Below are positions 38,983-48,600 of a stretch of DNA of 64,000 nt, in pieces. Numbering within the stretch: position 1 is the first letter of the stretch; each line of letters begins with the position of its first letter. Location: the IMG/VR virus record IMGVR_UViG_3300037067_026316. One strand, given 5' to 3'. The stretch is from an uncultured virus (IMG/VR IMGVR_UViG_3300037067_026316) (taxonomy: Duplodnaviria > Heunggongvirae > Uroviricota > Caudoviricetes). Made by a program: the position numbers and the translations under genes. The notes beneath the pieces are model-generated. The model was given only the letters and a program-made list of their open reading frames with translations. It searched no databases and was not told the origin of the DNA.

Positions 38983-39353
38983 AATTAACTAAAGAGCAGG
39001 ATAAAAATCTCTTAGAGGCTGCAGAAGAGTTCTTTGACTATAGCCCTTGTATGCACTGCAAACATTACTTCGACGATGAAGACGAAGATAGCGAAAGATT
39101 CAACGAACCTTCGGCGTGCGATGCATTCCCGGAAGGGATACCTGAAGAGATATTTTTTGGGCGAAACTTGCATCTAGAGCCTTACCCTGAGGACCATGGG
39201 ATTACTTTTGCAGACAAGGATATAGATGAAGAGGGAGAAGGGGAAGATGAAGAAGGAAAAGACATAGGAGAAGAGATAGAAGGAGGAGAAGGAGAGACAG
39301 GAGGAAGGGAAAAAATAGTATGGGAAGCAATAAATAAAAGGAGGAATGTATGA
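38979..39353 (+). CDS. Small Cys/His protein with acidic tail
   Basis: CMHCKH...CDAFPEGIPEEI...H..PYPEDHGITF. Confidence 0.6.
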   Translation: MKLTKEQDKNLLEAAEEFFDYSPCMHCKHYFDDEDEDSERFNEPSACDAFPEGIPEEIFFGRNLHLEPYPEDHGITFADKDIDEEGEGEDEEGKDIGEEIEGGEGETGGREKIVWEAINKRRNV

Positions 39354-39843
39354 GGAGAAGAATAGAAAAAAGCGCCTGGTAAGGAAAGGTAAAATTATGG
39401 CTGATCTATTAATTACAGGGAGCTTTGATAGCGGAAAATTAGAATGTAGGAAAGATATAGATTTAGCTTTAGATTCATCTGGAGATATAGCATTAACTTC
39501 TGATGATGATACTGTCTTAATACAAGAGCTAATGTTTTATCTTTTTACTGAAAAAAATACTAGACCAGGGCTACCTATGGCAGGATGTATCTTGCCAGAA
39601 ATCATGCATGATAAAAGAACTCGCGGCGTTATGAAAAGATTAAATGCTGCAATTAGCAGAGATATAGCTAGCTTTTTTCCTCAGTTTAAAGGGGTACAAG
39701 TTTTATGTCATACTGTACCTAATAGTCCCACTGATATTTTTATAACTGTAATACTTCCTACAGGTAAGTTGCTGGAAGTTATAGCGGACTTTCAAAATGT
39801 AATGAAGAATTCATCAGTAATGGCTGATATATTTAATTGGTGA
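39346..39843 (+). CDS. Baseplate wedge protein (gp25/gpW-like)
   Basis: DLALDSSGDIAL...LFTEK..P..G pattern; directly before baseplate J. Confidence 0.65.
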   Translation: MYEEKNRKKRLVRKGKIMADLLITGSFDSGKLECRKDIDLALDSSGDIALTSDDDTVLIQELMFYLFTEKNTRPGLPMAGCILPEIMHDKRTRGVMKRLNAAISRDIASFFPQFKGVQVLCHTVPNSPTDIFITVILPTGKLLEVIADFQNVMKNSSVMADIFNW

Positions 39844-39857
39844 TTTGGTGATTTAAT

Positions 39858-41279
39858 ATGGTTATAGTCAGATCAATATCAAGCATAATGACTGAAATGG
39901 AAGTCTTCCAAAGAGGAAGGCATCCTAGAATGACTAATTATACTCCTACATCAGTTATTACAATGTTGAATGAAAGTGTAGCTAATCAGATACGAAAATT
40001 AGAATTAGCTCTTCAACAAGGATTAGATGCTTCAAATCTATATAATGCTACAGGTCAAGATTTAGATTACCTAGTTAGTGATAGGCTGCCGGAAGGCAGA
40101 TTATTAGGCTCTAAATCATTAGGGCAAATTACATTTTATAGAAATACTCCAGCTACATATGCAATTACAATTCCGAAAGGTACTATTTGTACAGCTCCAT
40201 CGACCTATGGCTCCATCAGCTTTCAAACTACAGAAGATGCTGTACTGGATTTAGGGGAAACTCAAAAAGTAGTAGCATCAGAAGCTATAGTTCCAGGTAC
40301 AAAAGGAAATGTGCCGGGAATGACAATAGTCCATATGCCTGCTCCTATTGGAGGTATTGATTATATCAATAATCCTCTGCCATTTTCCGGAGGGGAAGAT
40401 AAGGAAACCGATGAAGAGCTGAGAACAAGATATATTTACGTAGTTCGGCTTCCTGGGAGAGCTACTCCATTCCTAATAGAGCAGCATATTAAGGATCATC
40501 CTAATGCTACACAAGCTGTTGCTACAACTATTGGCTTTGGAGACCTCATGATAGTTGTAGATGCTCCAGATAATGAAGAAGTAGTTAATGATATATCATC
40601 TATAATTGATGATAACATTGCCGGAGGGGTGATTGCTTGTGCCTGCATAGCAGCTCGTATAATAGCTGGATCTCCAATAGTATCTGTAAATACTGCAAAA
40701 GGAGGTAAGATATGGGTTAGACCAAAGGATTACATTCTTGGTGGAGAGACGATAACAGGAACTTACAAAGATCCTTCAGGGGGATCTCATTCCTTTAGTG
40801 CTATTATTCCAGATAACACTTTAGGAGGAATAGGTATTCTTGCAACTATGGAGTCAGGTTATCCTGATGCTACAGAGATAACTAATTTACCATATACAGG
40901 GTCAGAAGCTTATGATATCCTGATTGGCTATGGAACATATCCTAATTTATTCTTGAGGCCTAAAGAAGTACCTCTTAGTGTTTATTTAAAGATCAAAAAA
41001 GAAGCTTCGTTTGAAGCTGATTTGGAATGGAAGATAGAACAATCCCTAAGGGCATGGATAGCTTCCTTCATGATAGGAGTGGATTTTGAATATGCTGATA
41101 TGATAAAGGTGATATTCAGAGATTACAATTCGCCTAACCGAAACTTTGAAGGGATAGATGATATCATATCATGCTATGCTGTAGGTGGTGGAATTATGGT
41201 AGCTTCCTTTAACTCTAATTTAACAATTAATCCTGATGAAAAGATAACTTTATCCTCTGTGACTGTGGAGAGTATATAA
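39858..41279 (+). CDS. Baseplate J-like protein
   Basis: ATGQDLD, TIPKGT, FQTTED, GTKGNV and GGEDKETDEELRTR motifs. Confidence 0.92.
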   Translation: MVIVRSISSIMTEMEVFQRGRHPRMTNYTPTSVITMLNESVANQIRKLELALQQGLDASNLYNATGQDLDYLVSDRLPEGRLLGSKSLGQITFYRNTPATYAITIPKGTICTAPSTYGSISFQTTEDAVLDLGETQKVVASEAIVPGTKGNVPGMTIVHMPAPIGGIDYINNPLPFSGGEDKETDEELRTRYIYVVRLPGRATPFLIEQHIKDHPNATQAVATTIGFGDLMIVVDAPDNEEVVNDISSIIDDNIAGGVIACACIAARIIAGSPIVSVNTAKGGKIWVRPKDYILGGETITGTYKDPSGGSHSFSAIIPDNTLGGIGILATMESGYPDATEITNLPYTGSEAYDILIGYGTYPNLFLRPKEVPLSVYLKIKKEASFEADLEWKIEQSLRAWIASFMIGVDFEYADMIKVIFRDYNSPNRNFEGIDDIISCYAVGGGIMVASFNSNLTINPDEKITLSSVTVESI

Positions 41280-41366
41280 ATGTTTGATAGATAGATTTAT
41301 CTTCAATTACTACAGGAATGATATTAATATGCTAGATCAAAGAAGTTTTACTAGGAGGAAATAAAT

Positions 41367-41702
41367 ATGATTGATGAAGAGCAGATTAAAGACTGCATAG
41401 ACGTTGTTGGGTATCGAATTTGTGGAGTAAGGACTTTTATTATTGCCCTGGTAATTCTCATTCCATTTTCAGTGCTCGCTTTTCAGACTCAGGCTACAGA
41501 CCTGTTGTTTGCTGCAGCAACGATGATTTTATCATTCTTCTTTGGAATGAAAAATGAGCAGAAGAATGAGGAGATCGCAAATTTGAAGTCTCAGTTGAAG
41601 GAGAAGCTTCAGACAGACCTTCTAGTTGCTTCTATACCTCAGCCTCTTGAATACAAAGTAGAAGGAGGAGAGAAAGAAGATGGGTCGAATAATCAAGGTT
41701 AA
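41367..41702 (+). CDS. Two-TM membrane protein (holin-like)
   Basis: Two hydrophobic helices ending ILSFFFG, then a charged tail; end of the structural module. Confidence 0.55.
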   Translation: MIDEEQIKDCIDVVGYRICGVRTFIIALVILIPFSVLAFQTQATDLLFAAATMILSFFFGMKNEQKNEEIANLKSQLKEKLQTDLLVASIPQPLEYKVEGGEKEDGSNNQG

Positions 41703-41826
41703 ATGCCCTTATTGCGGCGGGATATGCCAGGGAGACATTAAGGAAGCTATAGATGATTGGCTTCCTGCTGATCCTGTTGAATCTAGTAATCTTTCTAAAA
41801 AGAAGAGGAAGAAGAGAGGAGAATAA
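41680..41826 (+). CDS. Small CxxC protein (48 aa)
   Basis: Hand-translated MGRIIKVKCPYCGGICQG...; GGAG RBS. Confidence 0.5.
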   Translation: MGRIIKVKCPYCGGICQGDIKEAIDDWLPADPVESSNLSKKKRKKRGE

Positions 41827-41829
41827 ATT

Positions 41830-42003
41830 ATGCCTGTCATGAGCTGTAGCTCAGAAGGGAAACCAGGATATAAATATGGAGATACTGGATATTGCTATAC
41901 TTTTCGACATGGAGATATGAAGTCTGAAAAGGATGCTTATGATAAAGCAGTATCCCAGGGCAGGGCTATAGAGCTGTCGAAAAAGAGAGGAGAATCAGAA
42001 TAG
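41830..42003 (+). CDS. Small conserved-looking phage protein (57 aa)
   Basis: MPVMSC..EGKPGYKYG..GYCY...KAVSQGRAI pattern. Confidence 0.6.
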   Translation: MPVMSCSSEGKPGYKYGDTGYCYTFRHGDMKSEKDAYDKAVSQGRAIELSKKRGESE

Positions 42004-42092
42004 CTCTTCTCTACCTTCACTTTTAAAACTATCACAACCACAACCTTTTTAAGCTATAGCATACTATAGTATCCTCTTAAGAGGAGATTAAA

Positions 42093-42446
42093 ATGCAGAT
42101 GATGATAGAGTCTACTAAGGAGTATATAGTATTATTTATTTTGTTACCTGATAAAAAGACATTTTTAATAAACATTCCGCACGATCATTTTAGTATAATG
42201 GAGAGTAGTATGAAGAATGATCCTCAAAAGAATATGTTAAATCCTTATCCTTTTGGAGATTTTGAAAAAATATTGACCAGGGACAGGCCAATAGGATGCA
42301 GACCTATTTTTGAATTGGAGATGAGTTTTTTTATGGTGCCTGCAGGGGTAGTACTTGAAGTTATAGATCATATATGTGGAGATACGGCAAGGTCTAAAGC
42401 AATCTCTAGATCAGCATTTAAACCAAGTTCTATAGTAGAAATTTAG
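42093..42446 (+). CDS. Hypothetical protein
   Basis: GAGGAG RBS and upstream TTTAAGCTATAG motif. Confidence 0.6.
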   Translation: MQMMIESTKEYIVLFILLPDKKTFLINIPHDHFSIMESSMKNDPQKNMLNPYPFGDFEKILTRDRPIGCRPIFELEMSFFMVPAGVVLEVIDHICGDTARSKAISRSAFKPSSIVEI

Positions 42447-42469
42447 GAGAAGATAAAGGAGTAACGTTA

Positions 42470-43237
42470 ATGACATTAGATATAAAAGGCTACAGCATTG
42501 CAGAAGTGTGGATAGACTGTCTAGAACAAATCTGGAATCATGGGTCCCTGGTTGAAATAATGTATGATGGAAAAAGTATAGAGACTGTAGAACTTATAGG
42601 CCTCAGATCTGAGATAAAAAAACCAGGTAATAAAGATTTGCTAGGAAATTATATATGGAAATCGGATTCTGAAGCCTGGGAAATCTATAAAAAAGAATTC
42701 TTTGATAAAGCAACTAAAGGATTTGCATATACCTATGGTTCTCGTTTAAGAGATTGGGGAATGGGATATCTTTTTCCTTCAAGAGAAGTAGATCTTAAAC
42801 CTATATCTATAGACCAAATAGAATATATAATAAAAGAATTAAAAAGGGACCCATCTAGTAGAAGAGCTGTAGCAATTACATGGGTTCCTTCTGTTGATGA
42901 AGAGACTGAGACTCCTCCTTGTCTAATGAATTTTCATTGTTTCATTAGAAATAATATTTTAAGAGCTATTTGCAATTACAGAAGCCATGATATAGCTGGA
43001 GCTTATCCTGCTAATAGCTATGGATTAAATGGAGTTCTAGAATACATAGGAGAGAAATTAAAATGCCAAACTGGAAGTATAACATTCTTCTCAGAGAGCG
43101 CTCATATCTATCAGCATGATTGGCCTATGGTAGCTTCTATTTTAGGGACAAAAATTCAGATACCAATTGCAAAACAAAGAGATGATCAGGCTAAGGCTTT
43201 AGATGCATGGAGAAGGAGGAATCATAGCAATGAATGA
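42470..43237 (+). CDS. thyA: Thymidylate synthase (archaeal/methanogen type)
   Basis: GFAYTYGSRLR, DQIEYII, SSRRAVA, catalytic PPCL, RSHD..GAYPAN and SAHIY. Confidence 0.9.
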   Translation: MTLDIKGYSIAEVWIDCLEQIWNHGSLVEIMYDGKSIETVELIGLRSEIKKPGNKDLLGNYIWKSDSEAWEIYKKEFFDKATKGFAYTYGSRLRDWGMGYLFPSREVDLKPISIDQIEYIIKELKRDPSSRRAVAITWVPSVDEETETPPCLMNFHCFIRNNILRAICNYRSHDIAGAYPANSYGLNGVLEYIGEKLKCQTGSITFFSESAHIYQHDWPMVASILGTKIQIPIAKQRDDQAKALDAWRRRNHSNE

Positions 43238-43472
43238 TTTTAAAATAGTTAAAACTAAAGCTCCATATCAGAAGGTAATGATAGATGTAATAGATATCTA
43301 TCATACCTTTGAGATCTCTCTTAATAGCGAAATTAAAATGCCTCAAGATTTAAGATATGTATATAAAGTTTATGAAATATTACCTGATCATTCATATAAG
43401 CTCTTAGGGGTCTTTCGCTATCAGAGACATGCTGAAGTTTTTCAGAATTTCTTGAAACAAGGGCATAGGTAA
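43203..43472 (+). CDS. Hypothetical protein
   Basis: ORF track; likely start at MNDF after GGAGG. Confidence 0.5.
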   Translation: MHGEGGIIAMNDFKIVKTKAPYQKVMIDVIDIYHTFEISLNSEIKMPQDLRYVYKVYEILPDHSYKLLGVFRYQRHAEVFQNFLKQGHR

Positions 43473-43482
43473 GGCGGATTTT

Positions 43483-43722
43483 ATGATATTGGATAATCTG
43501 ATAGAGAAAAAAGATATCAATGCTTTTATAGACGGCAGAATAGCTAGACTTTTTGTTCATATGCATAAAAACATCTTAAATGCAGAACAAAAAGATAGAG
43601 AGAAAGTAAGAGCAAAGACCTATGGACGGATAGATGAATTGAGATATCTAAAACAAGTAATCAATAGTGGTAAGCTTAAAGAGAAATCTAAGGCTCTCTG
43701 GAAAGCAAATAATTTAAAATAA
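43483..43722 (+). CDS. Hypothetical protein
   Basis: ORF track; last gene before the strand switch. Confidence 0.55.
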   Translation: MILDNLIEKKDINAFIDGRIARLFVHMHKNILNAEQKDREKVRAKTYGRIDELRYLKQVINSGKLKEKSKALWKANNLK

Positions 43723-43875
43723 TTATTTTTCCCTCTTTTTTCTTATTTGACTGATCAGTAGTTCCTCTAATAAACCTGGTGGCTCGCTACTCAGTTCCCA
43801 TTCTCCAGCAAGATTCTTTTCAGCTTTAATAACAATTGTTCCATGTATTGTTAATTTGTAATTTGTTATTATCAT
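43723..43875 (-). CDS. Small hypothetical protein (50 aa)
   Basis: Hand-translated MIITNYKLTIHGTIVIKAEK...; GAGGT RBS on the minus strand. Confidence 0.45.
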   Translation of the reverse strand: MIITNYKLTIHGTIVIKAEKNLAGEWELSSEPPGLLEELLISQIRKKREK

Positions 43876-43882
43876 AAAAACC

Positions 43883-44191
43883 TCACTTTATAAATTCCCA
43901 ATATATACTTGCAAATCCTGCGGATTTCTCATACTCTTCATAATGAGGGAATCCTGCTTTAGGTTGTATAACAAATCTTTCTAAATATCTGCATCGCGGG
44001 CAAAAAGTTCTCCATTCTACAAAGTTATTAGGCAATCGCAGAACAAAAAATACTACTAGCATATTGCACGAAGAACATTTCTTGTAGCCTGCATCTTTAG
44101 GAATTAAATCTCTCTTAGGATCAAACCTTTTATAAGGAGCATGTTCGTCTCCAGCAGAACCCCAGCCCTCATAAAAATCAAAGTCATTCAT
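43883..44191 (-). CDS. Zinc-ribbon protein
   Basis: CSSC...CPRC. Confidence 0.6.
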   Translation of the reverse strand: MNDFDFYEGWGSAGDEHAPYKRFDPKRDLIPKDAGYKKCSSCNMLVVFFVLRLPNNFVEWRTFCPRCRYLERFVIQPKAGFPHYEEYEKSAGFASIYWEFIK

Positions 44192-44541
44192 TCTTCATAT
44201 TCCCTCATAGATTGAATAACATTTATTCTAACATTTTCTTTTGAATCTATTAAATCATTTTGTCTATATATCTTTTCGCCTGCAATGACAACAGGAACAG
44301 CTAAAATAGTAATTCCCCTCCTCCGTAGGGAAGCCTTATAAATTCCTGAGTTCTGTTTATCAAGATATGCTTTTGTATATTCTATTCCTAATTCATCTAA
44401 TACATTTCCCACCTTTTTGCAAAGATGACATTGAGAAGTTGTATACAGAGTTATCATTTTAGTCTCTCCTGTTTTTAGTAATTCGGTTGATACATGTTTC
44501 CATTGCTTCATACAAGAGCTCTTCTGTACTCTTCCGTCCAT
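44188..44541 (-). CDS. Glutaredoxin/NrdH-like protein
   Basis: ITLYTTSQCHLC, cis-Pro VPV; true start probably MITLY. Confidence 0.8.
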   Translation of the reverse strand: MDGRVQKSSCMKQWKHVSTELLKTGETKMITLYTTSQCHLCKKVGNVLDELGIEYTKAYLDKQNSGIYKASLRRRGITILAVPVVIAGEKIYRQNDLIDSKENVRINVIQSMREYEE

Positions 44542-45235
44542 CTAAAACTTTGAAGTCGTTGAAACAACATAATTTATCATATCTTTTTGCTACTCTCTCA
44601 AGGAAATCTTCTTTCTCATAATCATGAAATGGCTCTGATCTTTTCTGAATTCTATCCATTGCCTGATGTACAGGCATTCGCAGATAAAATGTAGCATCTG
44701 GAATCAGATCCCAATTTCTATGAAGTCCGCGAAGGAATTCTAAGGGTTCTGGATCTCCTACTTCTTCAAGCCTTTCAACTTGATAACAGTAAGAAGACCA
44801 GAACCACCTATCAGAGACAACAGTCATTCCAGAAGATAAAGCTGGAATAACGATTTTTGCTAAATGAATACAATGATCCATAGAAAGCTGTATAGCTTCA
44901 AACCTTCTGTCCATTGGATGTTTAGTTATATATCTCTTAGTAAGTACTGCTAATCCATCTTTAAGATTAGCTGTCGGCTCAGCAGTTAGAAGGATATTTT
45001 CTCCTAAAAATCCTGACAGCGCTTTAGCCATCTGATGAGCTAAAGTTGTTTTTCCACTACCATCAATTCCCTCCAAAACAAAGAGGGAACCTCTTCTGAC
45101 TTCATCCCAAACATAGTTAGAGAAATTTAAATCCTCAAATGGTTTATCGATCTCTTTGTTAAATAGATCATTAACAAATATAGGCTTTTCTATTCTCATC
45201 TTCATTACCTCCTTATTTTCGTATACTAGCGGCAT
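44459..45235 (-). CDS. tmk: Thymidylate (dTMP) kinase
   Basis: FVLEGIDGSGKTT P-loop, EP, VVSDRW..SS.CYQ, PDATFYL. Confidence 0.93.
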   Translation of the reverse strand: MPLVYENKEVMKMRIEKPIFVNDLFNKEIDKPFEDLNFSNYVWDEVRRGSLFVLEGIDGSGKTTLAHQMAKALSGFLGENILLTAEPTANLKDGLAVLTKRYITKHPMDRRFEAIQLSMDHCIHLAKIVIPALSSGMTVVSDRWFWSSYCYQVERLEEVGDPEPLEFLRGLHRNWDLIPDATFYLRMPVHQAMDRIQKRSEPFHDYEKEDFLERVAKRYDKLCCFNDFKVLDGRKSTEELLYEAMETCINRITKNRRD

Positions 45236-45306
45236 CGTTTTAAAGGCCTTTTTCAGGCCTATAGAACGATTATTTTTTGATTTTTGATACTAAGTAAGGG
45301 GAAATC

Positions 45307-45609
45307 TTAAGAATCTTCTGGAATTTCTGGATATAGACTTGAAATGATCTTTACTAAGGCATCCTCAGAGACAACTCCAGATTCTCTTACAAGAGCTAAG
45401 CCCTGCATAATACCAATTAAATATGCTGACATAGCTAAAGAAGCTAACTTATCATCTTCAGGTAAATCTTTAATTTTAATGCTATCATAGATTAGATTAT
45501 TAATAATATCTTCCATAGAAGATTCTTCCTTTCTTGCATACTTCTCCATGATAGCATCTGTCTTCATCTGAGCTATTCCCTTTACTGCTCTTGTCAAATA
45601 GTTTTTCAT
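45307..45609 (-). CDS. Hypothetical protein
   Basis: ATGA overlap with the polymerase gene. Confidence 0.55.
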   Translation of the reverse strand: MKNYLTRAVKGIAQMKTDAIMEKYARKEESSMEDIINNLIYDSIKIKDLPEDDKLASLAMSAYLIGIMQGLALVRESGVVSEDALVKIISSLYPEIPEDS

Positions 45610-48600
45610 TTCTTAATTTCTCCTAGTTGTTTTTCGTATTCCCATCTAAAGAATCCATTGCCATAATTACCTACAAGAATAGCTCCTCTTCTGATCTTTT
45701 TAAGATATTCTTCTGGAGCCATGATAATTGATTCTATAATTCTTACTTCAGAATTATCTCTTAAGGGAGTCTTCATTAAAGCAAGAATATACCAATTGCC
45801 CGCCTTAGAGTTTATCGGCTTCGTTGCATAGACAACTCTAAATCCTGCTGGCGTAGGATTTGTAGGTCTTTCTGGATTAGAATACCCCTCTTTTTCAATA
45901 AGATAAATCTTATCATTTTGTCCCTTAAATATTAATCCGTTAAGAATACCTACTTTTAGATCTTCTTTCGTTATAGGTATTCCCTGAGAATATAGCCTAA
46001 AAGCTCCACTATTGTCTTCTACTCTTACAATATGATCTAAGCCCTCATAGAGAATTAATGTCATTTGGCCGGAATCCCCAGGAGCCATATCCAATATTGA
46101 AGCTTGATTAAAGTTATATGTATGCCATGGAACAACTTCTACACTATCTAAAGGCAGAGAACTTGATAAGAAAGGTTGGTCTGAAGGCCCGGAGAATCCG
46201 GCCCTTTCTAGAAGGGAAACCTGGCGATCAGTTAGTTCTTTTTCTTCTGAAAGCTTTTCTGCGATCTTCATAGAAGTCTTTTCTGCTAAACCTTTAACTG
46301 TATTGAATCCTAAGATTATCTTCTTTTTATCTTCCAAAGCTATTGATGTTTGGTAAGTAACAAAATCATTTCCATGAGAAAAATTTATATTAGGCCGAAG
46401 GATAGATATTCCTATATCTCGGGCCTCCCTAAGAGCTGCTCTCCTTTTAACTTTATCTGTCTCCAAATTTAGAACGTGAGCATAAAAGGTTGCTGGCATA
46501 CGATCTTTAGCCCAAATAGTCATTATACTTAAAACTGCATAAGCTGTAGCATGGCTCCTATTGAATCCATAAGCAGCCCAATTCATTACCTGATCCCAAA
46601 TAACCTTTCTCTCTGGATCAGATAGATATTCTACAAGCCCCTCTTCAACTTCTTGAAGTTTTTCCAATTTTTTCTTGGATATGTATCTCCTAACTTCATC
46701 TGCCTGTCCTAGGGACATGCCAAAGACTTTGTTTAAAATAACTAGGATTTGTTCTTGGAAAATCGGGCATCCATAAGTCTCTGATGTAGATATTAGAGGA
46801 ACATAAGGTTCTTTATCAAACTTTCTTTTTTTGTAAAGATCTACCATACCAGATTCTCTAGGCCCTGGTCGATTTATAGCTAAGACATGAATAAGTTCTT
46901 CAAATGTCGAAGGTTTTAATTCATTCATAGTATTATTGCCTGCAGAAGTTTTAATCTGAAAAAGACCAACTGGATATCTACAAGCTAATTCCAAAAGCCT
47001 TTTTATCTCCTCAGGAGGAAGCTTATTTACCTTAAATTCATAATTATCCCATAGGCCTTCGTCAATCATCCTCTGTAAAATAGGACTTTCTACATAATCT
47101 CCTTGATAGGAAGCCATATCCAAAATTGGCTTATGAGTTTCAAGATCTTCCATCATATAGATATTATCTAATTCCGTAAGTCCTAATATATCAAATTTGG
47201 CAATACCTAATCTATTTAATGTATTTAATTCAAATTCTATAGATGGTATTTCCCGGTTAGCTGCTAGCTTTGCTAGGGGAAATAGAGAATCTAAATTATC
47301 GAAACCTACAAAACCTGAGGCATGAGTCCCTCTATATCGGATATGATCTACAATGTTGTTGATGATAGGCTGTATAACTTCTGTCCCTGCTCCGTTATGC
47401 TCAAATTCATATTGATCTTCTTCAAGGAGCCAACATACATCTCTAGCAGCCATATCTTTTTTCCATCTGCCATAGTCCATGATATTTGCTATATCATGAA
47501 ATCCCATAATCTCAGATAAGATATCTATAGCTTCTGCTCTTCTAGATGTAGCTACATCTAGATCAATATCAGGAGGATCATTTCTTTCTTCAGACATGAA
47601 TCTATCAAATAAAAGGTTATGCTCAATAGGATCAATATGAGTAATACCTAGCACATAAGCTATAAGCGATCCTCCAGCGGACCCTCTACCAGGTCCTACA
47701 GGTATCCCTCTTTCAATTAGCCTGTCAGAGAATCTTTTCATAATCTTAAAATACCAGCCAAAGCCTTTTCTCTTTATTCTATCAACTTCAAGTCTAAGAC
47801 GATCTTCATAAATTTGAATAATATCAGGATTATCAAATTTAGTCATTTTTAGGAAATTCCAGCTTTCCCATATTTCAAATTCAAAATCTATTCCGGGATC
47901 TATATTCATAGGAGCAAATATTCTTGGCAACTTGAAATCCTGAGTTAGCATTGCCATTTTAGAAGTAAATAAATAAGATACGTGAATAATATTACCTACT
48001 TCTTCAGGTTTTATACCTATTGCTTCTTCCCCTATGCTAAGCGCTTTGATGATTTCAGATCTGCTCATGAAGTAATAGCTATTTCCTAAGAAATAATCGC
48101 TATCAGGATTTATTATACTTCTATCATGATATGCCATTGCCATTGCCTGCATTTTTATTTCTTTATCTTCAGGCCTATTATAATGACTATCAGTAGTAGC
48201 AATTACATTAAGGCTTAACTTTCTACCTGCATAAATCAGGAATCTATTTAATTCTGCCTGTGAAAGTCCATTGCGGCCTTCTTTAGGAGGAATCCTTACT
48301 TCTAGATGAGGCATTACTTCTAGCATTATAGTAGAATCCTGAGCTCGTAAAACATTAGCTAGGTCTCTTAGCCACTCTAGAGCAGCCTCCTCTCCAAGAT
48401 GTAATAACTGTTGAGCTAAGAGCCCACCTATACAGGCTGATCCAAAAATCAAGCCTCTAGCATGTTCTTTCAAGGAATCAAGAGATATAACAACTTTTCT
48501 AGTGGTAGACTTTCTTGCTCCTTCATTATGGAGATAGAGCAAATTTTGCCAGCCTTCAGGAGATATAACCCATATGTTCATATGCCCTGATTCAACTTTA

